From positions 13,988 through 55,020 of the forward strand of contig CAYIHD010000002.1 of NCBI GenBank assembly GCA_964363205.1: a DNA stretch of 41,033 nt, given 5' to 3'. Shown one piece after another: positions 1 through 6,396 of the stretch. Every line of letters starts with the position of its first letter. Positions within the stretch are counted from its first letter, which is position 1. The notes below the pieces were generated by a model, which worked only from the letters and a program-made list of their open reading frames with translations, ran no database searches and was not told where the DNA came from. This DNA is from an uncultured Candidatus Saccharibacteria bacterium (GTDB taxonomy: Bacteria; Patescibacteriota; Minisyncoccia; Phycocordibacterales; SBAW01). The position numbers and the translations under genes were made by a program.

Positions 1-37
1 AAACACAAAAAGAGCGGGCACGCATAGCGTTCCCTCT
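1..37 (-). terminator. putative intrinsic terminator (minus strand)
   Basis: Imperfect hairpin at 11-37 (AGAGCGGGCACGC-ATA-GCGTTCCCTCT). On the minus strand it is followed by TTTTGTGTTT (1-10). It lies 7 nt past the stop of ORF 44..406. Confidence 0.4.
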
Positions 38-43
38 GCTTCT

Positions 44-406
44 TTATGAAGCTCTAGGTATTTTCTCGCACTTGGTTGTATCGAAACCACCACTCGATAC
101 ACAATCGCCCCTTTCGGAGCTCCCCGTTGGTTTCGCTAGCCAGTATAGCAACCCACCCTTTTCTGTCAAATCTTTAATTGTTGATATACTTAGGGGTGGA
201 AGGAGACCATAACCATGGTCAAGTTCAAGCTTGATAGACGCCTTCTTAAAGAAGGCGGCAAAGTCTTCGATCGGCTCAACAAGCCGAATAGCGTCCTCTA
301 CCGAGTCGCTCGTCTTTGGCGATTTCGAAGGCACAAGTCTTAAACACCCGGAGCACTTGCTCCGGTTTTTTTTATTACCTATATAAAAGTTATCCACAGT
401 TACCAA
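44..406 (-). CDS. hypothetical protein, 120 aa (uncertain)
   Basis: Open frame with a TTG start preceded by AAGGAGAGTCC. A terminator-like hairpin follows the stop. No recognisable motifs. A complete plus-strand unit (215..343) lies antisense inside it, so at most one of the two is probably coding. Confidence 0.3.
   Translation of the reverse strand: MVTVDNFYIGNKKNRSKCSGCLRLVPSKSPKTSDSVEDAIRLVEPIEDFAAFFKKASIKLELDHGYGLLPPLSISTIKDLTEKGGLLYWLAKPTGSSERGDCVSSGGFDTTKCEKIPRAS
163..190 (+). promoter_or_regulatory. putative sigma70-type promoter for small ORF 215..343
   Basis: -35-like CTGTCA (163-168), a 16-nt spacer counted to the -10 hexamer, then an extended -10 TGaTATACT (182-190). This is the same TGnTAnnnT box seen at other genes in the window. 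Confidence 0.35.
215..343 (+). CDS. small basic protein, 42 aa (MVKFKLDRRLLKEGGKVFDRLNKPNSVLYRVARLWRFRRHKS)
   Basis: ATG at 215 lies 9 nt after AGGAG (201-205). Stop TAA at 341-343 is followed 4 nt later by a strong intrinsic terminator. Too short to appear in the ORF track. Confidence 0.4.
   Translation: MVKFKLDRRLLKEGGKVFDRLNKPNSVLYRVARLWRFRRHKS
348..373 (+). terminator. intrinsic terminator
   Basis: CCGGAGC-ACTT-GCTCCGG hairpin (348-365) followed by T8 (366-373). Confidence 0.7.
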
Positions 407-446
407 GGACTCTCCTTGGTATTATTTTGCGCAACCCCTATCCACA
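390..446 (+). promoter_or_regulatory. two DnaA-box-like 9-mers in an AT-rich intergenic region
   Basis: TTATCCACA (390-398) matches the consensus perfectly. cTATCCACA (438-446) matches 8 of 9. Both have the same orientation. The palindrome CCAAGGA-CTC-TCCTTGG (403-419) lies between them. Confidence 0.25.
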
Positions 447-510
447 ACTTGCTTTTTGCAACCCTTTTTAGCATAGTACCGCCAGCTTGATCTTACTCAT
501 GGAGAGTCCG

Positions 511-1038
511 ATGCCAACAATGACCGCCACTGAAACAAGAGAGGCCCTACTCGTCGCGGCCCGGTGGTTCTTTTGCGACGCAATGTCCTTAGGTTATGCG
601 TTCGGAGCTAAAGCAACACCGATACCCGGCAGACCGAACGGCAAATACTACGAACATGCCAACAACCTCTGGTACTTGCGTGACGAGTACGAAGTGGACC
701 CAATCACCAAAAAATCTGCGGGTTTCACTTTTATTGAGTACGACCAGAGGCGTATCTGGGTCATGGCCTACGGCGGCTTCTACAAACAGGAAGCCATTCC
801 CTGCCTTAAAGCCGCGCTGATGGCCAACTACACCAGGGGCGACTTCTACGCCGGGCGCGGTCGGGACGGTTATAAGCACGGCGAGTGCCTGTATCTGGTC
901 GCGGCCGGTCTCAATGAGCAATTCGGTTTCGACCGCTTCTTCGCTCGCGAACGAATATTCCGTGCGATGGAAAAAGATGGAGTCGAGGTGCCAGAATTAC
1001 TCGGCGGCCATGATGTTTGGGGTATGGCCCTCATCTAG
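511..1038 (+). CDS. DUF5680-like hypothetical protein (175 aa from ATG 511; alternative starts at 487 and 499)
   Basis: ATG 511 is preceded by GGAGAG with a 4-nt spacer. The pattern Y..D.Y......F.G.E...........W.M.Y.G plus a C-terminal F.G.E.I.....GG resembles DUF5680 as I remember it. A terminator follows the stop. Confidence 0.7.
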   Translation: MPTMTATETREALLVAARWFFCDAMSLGYAFGAKATPIPGRPNGKYYEHANNLWYLRDEYEVDPITKKSAGFTFIEYDQRRIWVMAYGGFYKQEAIPCLKAALMANYTRGDFYAGRGRDGYKHGECLYLVAAGLNEQFGFDRFFARERIFRAMEKDGVEVPELLGGHDVWGMALI

Positions 1039-1045
1039 CAGTAAC

Positions 1046-1069
1046 CCGGAGCACCCGCTCCGGTTTTTT
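1046..1069 (+). terminator. intrinsic terminator (same stem as 348-373)
   Basis: CCGGAGC-ACCC-GCTCCGG hairpin followed by T6. Confidence 0.7.
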
Positions 1070-1154
1070 CTTTTGCATTCCGTGTTGTTTAAAACTTCCG
1101 ACCGTAAACAGCAAACAACATACGTAAGTTATGCTATAGGATAAATTACGTACT

Positions 1155-1190
1155 AAACCATGTGGGTAGCTATAGCTACTCGTATGGTTT
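1155..1190 (-). other. long imperfect hairpin abutting the trmD stop codon
   Basis: AAACCATGTGGGTAGCTA / TAGCTACTCGTATGGTTT forms 7+7 bp around a 4x4 internal loop and contains the perfect palindrome GTAGCTATAGCTAC. No clear T-run follows on the minus strand. Confidence 0.3.
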
Positions 1191-1843
1191 TATTTTGGGT
1201 TGCTGCGTTTTTTGGACTTCCAGCTATCCATGTTGGCGTGGTGGCCGGAGAGGAGGACCTTGGGGACGCGGTAGGGCTTCCCTTTTATTTTCAAAACTTC
1301 CGGACGGGTGTAGATTTCGTGGCTGGCGACGCGCGACTCCTCCAACGACTCAAATTTGCCGAGCACTCCTTTAATCTGCCGCGCCGTGGCATCGATAATA
1401 GCCATCGCCGGCACTTCGCCGCCGGTCAAAATATACGGCCCGACCGACACTTCCTCCGCCTTAAGCGCCTTAACGGCGCGAGCATCAATCCCCTCGTATC
1501 GCCCGCAAATAATAATCACCTCTTTAAGTTTAGAAAGTTTTTTTGCGTAAGCGTTGGTAAAAGGCTTCCCTCCCGCCGCCGTCACCAAAACTCGGACATC
1601 GGATGTCCGAGTTTTGGTCTTGATTTTCTGGACGGCTTTTATGACCGGCTCGGCGCGCAGGACCATGCCGGGCCCGCCGCCGTACGGCCGCTCATCAACC
1701 TTGCCCCACTTATTCCCCGCCGTATCGCGGAGTTGGTAGGTCTTAACCTTAAGCAGCTTCTCCTTCTGTGCACGACCAAGTATCGACGCCTGCGTATAGG
1801 CCTCAACAACTTCGGGGAAGAGTGTAATCACGTGGAAGTTCAT
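1190..1843 (-). CDS. trmD: tRNA (guanine37-N1)-methyltransferase TrmD
   Basis: Contains the motifs RPYGGGPGMVL, ICGRYEGIDAR, LTGGEVPAMAIIDA and LLSGHHA. 217 aa. Confidence 0.95.
   Translation of the reverse strand: MNFHVITLFPEVVEAYTQASILGRAQKEKLLKVKTYQLRDTAGNKWGKVDERPYGGGPGMVLRAEPVIKAVQKIKTKTRTSDVRVLVTAAGGKPFTNAYAKKLSKLKEVIIICGRYEGIDARAVKALKAEEVSVGPYILTGGEVPAMAIIDATARQIKGVLGKFESLEESRVASHEIYTRPEVLKIKGKPYRVPKVLLSGHHANMDSWKSKKRSNPK
1584..1618. repeat. REP-like perfect palindrome, copy A (inside the trmD CDS)
   Basis: ACCAAAACTCGGACATC-G-GATGTCCGAGTTTTGGT has 17-bp arms. The same core occurs at 21186-21212, 21746-21778 and 22436-22472. It encodes TKTRTSDVRVLV within TrmD. Confidence 0.9.
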
Positions 1844-1867
1844 AGCGCTACCCTATCGCGAGTTGCA

Positions 1868-1901
1868 TAAAAAGAAAAGCGCTCCGACTAAGCGGAGCGC
1901 T
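1868..1901 (-). terminator. intrinsic terminator (minus strand)
   Basis: AGCGCTCCG / CGGAGCGCT 9-bp stem (1878-1901). The stop codon of ORF 1888..2052 sits in the loop. On the minus strand it is followed by TTTCTTTTT. Confidence 0.6.
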
Positions 1902-2052
1902 GTAAAACAAGCCGTTTGGTTGGACGCCAAGTGGCAATGATTTTCGCGAGGTCATCCGGCAACTTGTCGTTGATAGGTGGAAACGCCTTACTGAAAGCTG
2001 AAGGTTCTCGTTTCCTAGGTTGACATTGGTTGCATTCGCACCGCTTTTTCAT
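1888..2052 (-). CDS. small hypothetical protein, 54 aa (MKKRCECNQCQPRKREP...)
   Basis: ATG at 2052 lies 6 nt after GGAG. It sits between two terminators. This is the internal start of the 125-aa track ORF. Confidence 0.4.
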   Translation of the reverse strand: MKKRCECNQCQPRKREPSAFSKAFPPINDKLPDDLAKIIATWRPTKRLVLQRSA

Positions 2053-2092
2053 AGGCAACTCCTCTGGACACTTCCACCTTATATCATAACGC

Positions 2093-2118
2093 AAAAGTCC
2101 CGCTCTTGCGGGACTTTT
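2093..2118. terminator. bidirectional-looking intrinsic terminator downstream of the KH-protein gene
   Basis: Perfect 11-bp stem AAAAGTCCCGC-TCTT-GCGGGACTTTT with A and T tracts on both sides. Confidence 0.6.
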
Positions 2119-2233
2119 GCGGTGCGGAGCGAAAGAGGTCTGCGGGAGGCTTCGCAAGCGCGACGGCGCGAGACTTGAGGAAATTTTTAGCAAAAAATTA
2201 TCCGTACTCCCGCAGGCCTGCTTTCGCGGAGCC

Positions 2234-2611
2234 TTAAATCGCACCGAGGTCGCCCATCGCCTCATCGATACTCTTCATCGCGGGAGTGGCGGGTGCTTCG
2301 TGCGTGCCGTCCCAACCCTGCGCGGCTGTACCGCCGGAAGGAGCGGCGCCATCCATGCGGCCGCCGGCCGGCTCGTTGATTTTGAGATTAACCCTGGCGT
2401 TGTTCTTCATCCCCACAACGCGCAGGAGCGTGCGGATAGCCTTGGCGGTGTTGCCCGAGCGTCCGATGACCTTGCCCATATCCTCGGCATTGAGGTCGAG
2501 CGTGAGCAATACGCCCATCTCGTCTACCACGCGCTTAATCTTGACATCATCCTGATGCTCAACCAAACCCTTGATAACAAACTCCAGAAACTCCTGATCC
2601 TTTTCTGCCAT
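2234..2611 (-). CDS. KH-domain RNA-binding protein (YlqC/UPF0109-like) with a low-complexity C-terminal tail
   Basis: Core sequence VIGRSGNTAKAIRTLL. Sits in the conserved position just downstream of rpsP. Confidence 0.85.
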   Translation of the reverse strand: MAEKDQEFLEFVIKGLVEHQDDVKIKRVVDEMGVLLTLDLNAEDMGKVIGRSGNTAKAIRTLLRVVGMKNNARVNLKINEPAGGRMDGAAPSGGTAAQGWDGTHEAPATPAMKSIDEAMGDLGAI

Positions 2612-2637
2612 ATCAGTATATTTAATTTATATAAACT

Positions 2638-3015
2638 TTACTCTGCAATTGTATCAGCAGGCACTTCTGCCGCAACCTCTGTACTAACAGCCTCTGCTTT
2701 TACTTCCGCCTTCGCTTCCTCCTTTACCTCTTCCTTTTTCGGAACCGTCTTCTTTGGCAAAACGTTTATCTTTTTGGCGTCGATTATTTTTTGTGAGACG
2801 AGGAGGTTGTGCACGGTGTCGCTGGTGGTCGCGCCCATCGATATCCAGTACTTGATGCGGTCGGCCTTGAGCGACACGGTGTCGACGCGAGGGTCGTACG
2901 AGCCCACCATCTCGAGGTAGTTGCCCGGCTGGACCTTGCGCTTTGATTCCACGACGATAACGCGGAAAGAGCCGTCTTTCTTTTTTCCAACGCGGGTGAG
3001 TCTGATAGTAAGCAT
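2638..3015 (-). CDS. rpsP: 30S ribosomal protein S16 with a K/E/A-rich C-terminal extension
   Basis: MLTIRLTRVGKKKDGSFRVIV...YDP. The internal ATG at 3015 was chosen over the track's upstream extension. Confidence 0.93.
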   Translation of the reverse strand: MLTIRLTRVGKKKDGSFRVIVVESKRKVQPGNYLEMVGSYDPRVDTVSLKADRIKYWISMGATTSDTVHNLLVSQKIIDAKKINVLPKKTVPKKEEVKEEAKAEVKAEAVSTEVAAEVPADTIAE

Positions 3016-3024
3016 ATTGTGTTT

Positions 3025-3061
3025 AAAAACGACCCCGTGCGGGGTTAGAAGTACCTTACCA
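3025..3061 (-). promoter_or_regulatory. rpsP promoter-like box plus a terminator-like hairpin at the 5' end
   Basis: Minus strand reads TGgTAAGGT (3053-3061), then the hairpin ACCCC-GCAC-GGGGT (3032-3045), then CGTTTTT, then 9 nt to the ATG. No SD. Confidence 0.35.
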
Positions 3062-3118
3062 AATGAAGACCCTTTCGGCAAGGGTATATACAGGACACCT
3101 TTTCTTTTTTGTAAATTG

Positions 3119-3127
3119 TGCTATACT
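3119..3127 (+). promoter_or_regulatory. extended -10 box TGCTATACT, 10 nt upstream of the rnr ATG
   Basis: The motif is seen directly. There is no SD between it and ATG 3138. Confidence 0.45.
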
Positions 3128-3137
3128 GGGGTCATTA

Positions 3138-5072
3138 ATGCCTCACAGACAGAAAGGGGGCACTCGCAAACACGAGGCGCCTAAAAAACACATAGCCGGC
3201 ATAGTCGAAGTAACCCGCAAAGGCACGGGGTATATGTCGTGGGAGACCGGCAAGGAAGATATTGAGATCTTCCCCGAGAAGTTGAATGGCGCTCTAAACG
3301 GCGACCAAGTGGAGGTAGAAATCCTTTCGCTGTTTCCCCGCCCGCGCGGCCGCGTCAAAAAAGTAGTCGCCCGCGCCAAAACAGAATTCGTCTGCACGGT
3401 CAAAGGAGGCCAGGTACTGGCCGACGACCAGCGTTTTAACGAGCCTATACAAGTCGACGGTATTCCGGCCGACGGCACTAAAGTGCTCGTGGAGCTGGTG
3501 AGCTACGACGGAAAAACAGCAAAAGGAAAAATAATCGAAACGCTCGGCAAAGCAGGCGAGCATCGCGTCGAGATGAACGCGATTGTGATGGAGCACGGGT
3601 TTAAAACATCGTTCTCTCCTGAAGTAGAAAAGGAGGCCGCCGAGTTGGAAAAGAACCACTCAAAAATAATCGCCGAAGAGCTCCCAAAAAGAAAAGACTA
3701 CCGCGACCGCGTCACTATGACCATCGACCCGGTTACCGCCAAAGACTTTGACGACGCGCTCTCTATGCGCGAACTCCCCGACGGCAAGTACGAGGTCGGT
3801 ATCCATATCGCCGACGCAAGTTTTTTTGCCGCGCCGGGCACCGCTATCGGCGAGGAGGCGCAAAAGCGCGGAACCTCCGTGTATCTGGTGGATGCGACCA
3901 TCCCCATGCTCCCGCACGCGCTCTCGGCCGGCATCGCGTCGCTCAAACCCGATGAGGACCGGCTCGCTTTTTCTGCAGTATTTGTGTTGGACAAAAACGC
4001 CAACGTACTCGAGCGCACGTTTACCAAGTCGGTCATCCGCTCCGACAAACGCTTTAGCTACGAAGAGGCGCAGGAGGTTTTGGACAAACAAAACGGACCA
4101 TATCTGAAAGAGCTCAACGTGATGCTCAAACTCGCGACCATTATGCGCAAACAGCGCGCCGACGACGGCGCAGTCGACTTTGGCGACAATGAGGTGCGTT
4201 TTGAGTTGGACAAAGACGGCAAACCGCTCTCGGTGACACGCAAGACCCGCATAGACACCAACTGGCTTATCGAGGAGTTTATGCTGCTCGCCAACCGCGA
4301 GGTCGCAACGTACATATCTAAACTCGCGGCAAAAGTTCCCGGCAGCAACATGGTGTTCCTCTACCGCATCCACGACGAACCGAAGGCCGACCGCATCGAG
4401 GAGCTGGCGACCTTTGTGCGCGCCATCGGCTATGAATTTAATAAAAAGAAAAAAGGCAGCTACGGCGCTAAAGATATCCAAGGCCTGCTGCGGCAGATAG
4501 AGGGCAAACCGGAGGCAGCGCTTATCCGCACGGCGACGCTGCGCTCGATGGCCAGAGCCATATACTCGACCAAAAATATCGGGCACTTTGGGCTCTCGTT
4601 TACCCACTACACGCACTTTACCTCGCCGATACGGCGTTATCCGGACATGCTGGTGCACCGCATCCTCGCCAGCCATCTCGACGGCCACCCGCTGACCAAC
4701 AAAGAGTTCGGCGACCTCGAAAAGCTCTGCATCGCCGCGACGGAGCAGGAGGCCAAGGCGGTGCAAGCGGAGCGCGACTCTATCAAATACAAACTGGTGG
4801 AGTATATGACCGGCAAAGTCGGCCAAACGTTCGACGCGGTCATCTCCGGCGTTACCGACTGGGGTTTGTATGTGGAGGACAAAGCCAGCTCGGCGGAGGG
4901 CCTGGTGCGCGTGCGCTCGATAGGCGACGATTTTTATAACTACTCGGCCAAAGAGTACGCGCTTGTCGGACAAAAAACGCAAAAAAAATACGCGCTCGGA
5001 GACTCCGTGCGCGTCAAACTCGTGGCCGCCGACCTCTCTGCCCGCCAACTCGACTTCGAACTAGCCAGCTAA
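3138..5072 (+). CDS. rnr: ribonuclease R (RNB family 3'-5' exoribonuclease with a C-terminal S1 domain)
   Basis: Cold-shock-like N-terminus, RNB core (DPVTAKDFDDALS, HIADAS, YLVD, MLP), and a C-terminal S1-like VSGVTDWGLYVE. Confidence 0.93.
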   Translation: MPHRQKGGTRKHEAPKKHIAGIVEVTRKGTGYMSWETGKEDIEIFPEKLNGALNGDQVEVEILSLFPRPRGRVKKVVARAKTEFVCTVKGGQVLADDQRFNEPIQVDGIPADGTKVLVELVSYDGKTAKGKIIETLGKAGEHRVEMNAIVMEHGFKTSFSPEVEKEAAELEKNHSKIIAEELPKRKDYRDRVTMTIDPVTAKDFDDALSMRELPDGKYEVGIHIADASFFAAPGTAIGEEAQKRGTSVYLVDATIPMLPHALSAGIASLKPDEDRLAFSAVFVLDKNANVLERTFTKSVIRSDKRFSYEEAQEVLDKQNGPYLKELNVMLKLATIMRKQRADDGAVDFGDNEVRFELDKDGKPLSVTRKTRIDTNWLIEEFMLLANREVATYISKLAAKVPGSNMVFLYRIHDEPKADRIEELATFVRAIGYEFNKKKKGSYGAKDIQGLLRQIEGKPEAALIRTATLRSMARAIYSTKNIGHFGLSFTHYTHFTSPIRRYPDMLVHRILASHLDGHPLTNKEFGDLEKLCIAATEQEAKAVQAERDSIKYKLVEYMTGKVGQTFDAVISGVTDWGLYVEDKASSAEGLVRVRSIGDDFYNYSAKEYALVGQKTQKKYALGDSVRVKLVAADLSARQLDFELAS

Positions 5073-6376
5073 GACGCCAAATATTTTGGGATAGCTTCGG
5101 CGAGGATGTCGAGGGTTTTTTTGAACACGGCCGGATTTTCCTCCAGCAAAGTCATGCGAAACCCTTGCAGGTGTGTGTTAAAACCCGAGAGCGGTACTAC
5201 GCATAACCCGTAGGCAGACATAAGGTAGTACGCAAAGCGCTTGTCGAGCTTGTACGGACCGAACGGAGCCACGGTCCTCTCCACCAAAGCGCGGACGGCC
5301 GGATTTGAGACGGGCAGGGTTTGCTTGTGGTTGAGGCTGTGGTCGTCGAATGTAACCGTCACATAAAAAGCGCCCGAAGGTTTGACCACGGAAACACCGC
5401 CGATTTTGCGCAAAACCGCGTGCGCGGCATCGGCCCGCTTGCTGTAGGCGTCACGCCGGCTCTGGAGATACTCTTTGTAGCGGGGGTCGCAGAGGATGTC
5501 CGGCAATACCTTTTGCGGCAACGTGGTCGAACACACTTCGAGCATTTTTGCGTCGTTGATTGACTTGATATAGCGGGAAAATACAGGGTCGCTGTCTTTG
5601 TTATAGACCTCTATCCAACCGCATCGCGCGCCCGGCCACGGCACTTCCTTTGAGAGCCCGCGCATGATGATAGCGGGTACGCCGTCGAGCATGCGCGAGA
5701 GCGGCACGAACGCGTCGGAGCCGTACTCGATGTTGGCGTATATTTCGTCCGAAATAAGAAAGAGGTCGTGCTCTTTGGCGATGGCTACCATCTCTTTGAG
5801 AACCGCCTTCGGGTATATCATGCCGGTCGGATTGTCGGGATTGATGATAAGAATACCGGCGATTGACGCGTTGTATTTGACCTTGTTGCGCAGGTCGTTG
5901 ATATCGGGCAGCCAATTGCGCTTGGGGTTGAGCTCGTAGGTAAGATGGTACGACCCGGCGTGCGCCGCCTCGGCGGAAGAGTGGGTCGGATACGCGGGAC
6001 TGGGGCCGATAATACGCGCGTTCTCGTTGAGGTTGGTGTACACCTTTGAGACCGCATCCCCGAGCCCGTTGAAAAAAAGTATATCCTCCGGGTCGAGGTG
6101 GCCGTCTCCGGCCTCTTTGCGGTAGTTAGAAAGAAATTGACGGGTTTCGAGCAGTCCCTTGGTCGGCGAGTACGCAAATGTTTTGTCGTCGGTCAACGCT
6201 TTGGCTATAAGCTCTTTTATCCAAGCGGGAATCTTTTCCCCTTTGGCGACCGGGTCGCCGATGTTCTCCCAGATGATATCGACTCCGAGCCTTTTGACCT
6301 GCGTGCCGAACTCCACTATCTCGCGTATTTCGTAAGAAAGTTCTTCCGCTCCGGAGTGGACTAGGTTAGTGCGCAT
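5069..6376 (-). CDS. class I/II PLP-dependent aminotransferase (alanine/aspartate aminotransferase-like)
   Basis: 435 aa. Contains NIGDP, INPDNPTG and the lysine motif SKEVPWPGARCGW. Overlaps the rnr stop by 4 nt (convergent). Confidence 0.88.
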   Translation of the reverse strand: MRTNLVHSGAEELSYEIREIVEFGTQVKRLGVDIIWENIGDPVAKGEKIPAWIKELIAKALTDDKTFAYSPTKGLLETRQFLSNYRKEAGDGHLDPEDILFFNGLGDAVSKVYTNLNENARIIGPSPAYPTHSSAEAAHAGSYHLTYELNPKRNWLPDINDLRNKVKYNASIAGILIINPDNPTGMIYPKAVLKEMVAIAKEHDLFLISDEIYANIEYGSDAFVPLSRMLDGVPAIIMRGLSKEVPWPGARCGWIEVYNKDSDPVFSRYIKSINDAKMLEVCSTTLPQKVLPDILCDPRYKEYLQSRRDAYSKRADAAHAVLRKIGGVSVVKPSGAFYVTVTFDDHSLNHKQTLPVSNPAVRALVERTVAPFGPYKLDKRFAYYLMSAYGLCVVPLSGFNTHLQGFRMTLLEENPAVFKKTLDILAEAIPKYLAS

Positions 6377-6396
6377 ACGATATACAATAATCCGGA

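Noticed and set aside
380-486. oriC at the DnaA-box spacer.
   Set aside because: Only two boxes are present. There is no dnaA or dnaN nearby and no AT-rich 13-mer-like unwinding repeats. The evidence is insufficient.
3660-5048. 462-aa ORF antisense to rnr. Similar long antisense ORFs occur at 6578-8116 in smc, 13650-15050 in dnaE, 23399-24655 in gyrB and 27841-28755 in the GT2 gene.
   Set aside because: These are typical stop-poor shadow frames of GC-rich coding DNA. Their products are R/A/G/V-rich and low in complexity with no motifs. The opposite strand carries unambiguous conserved genes.
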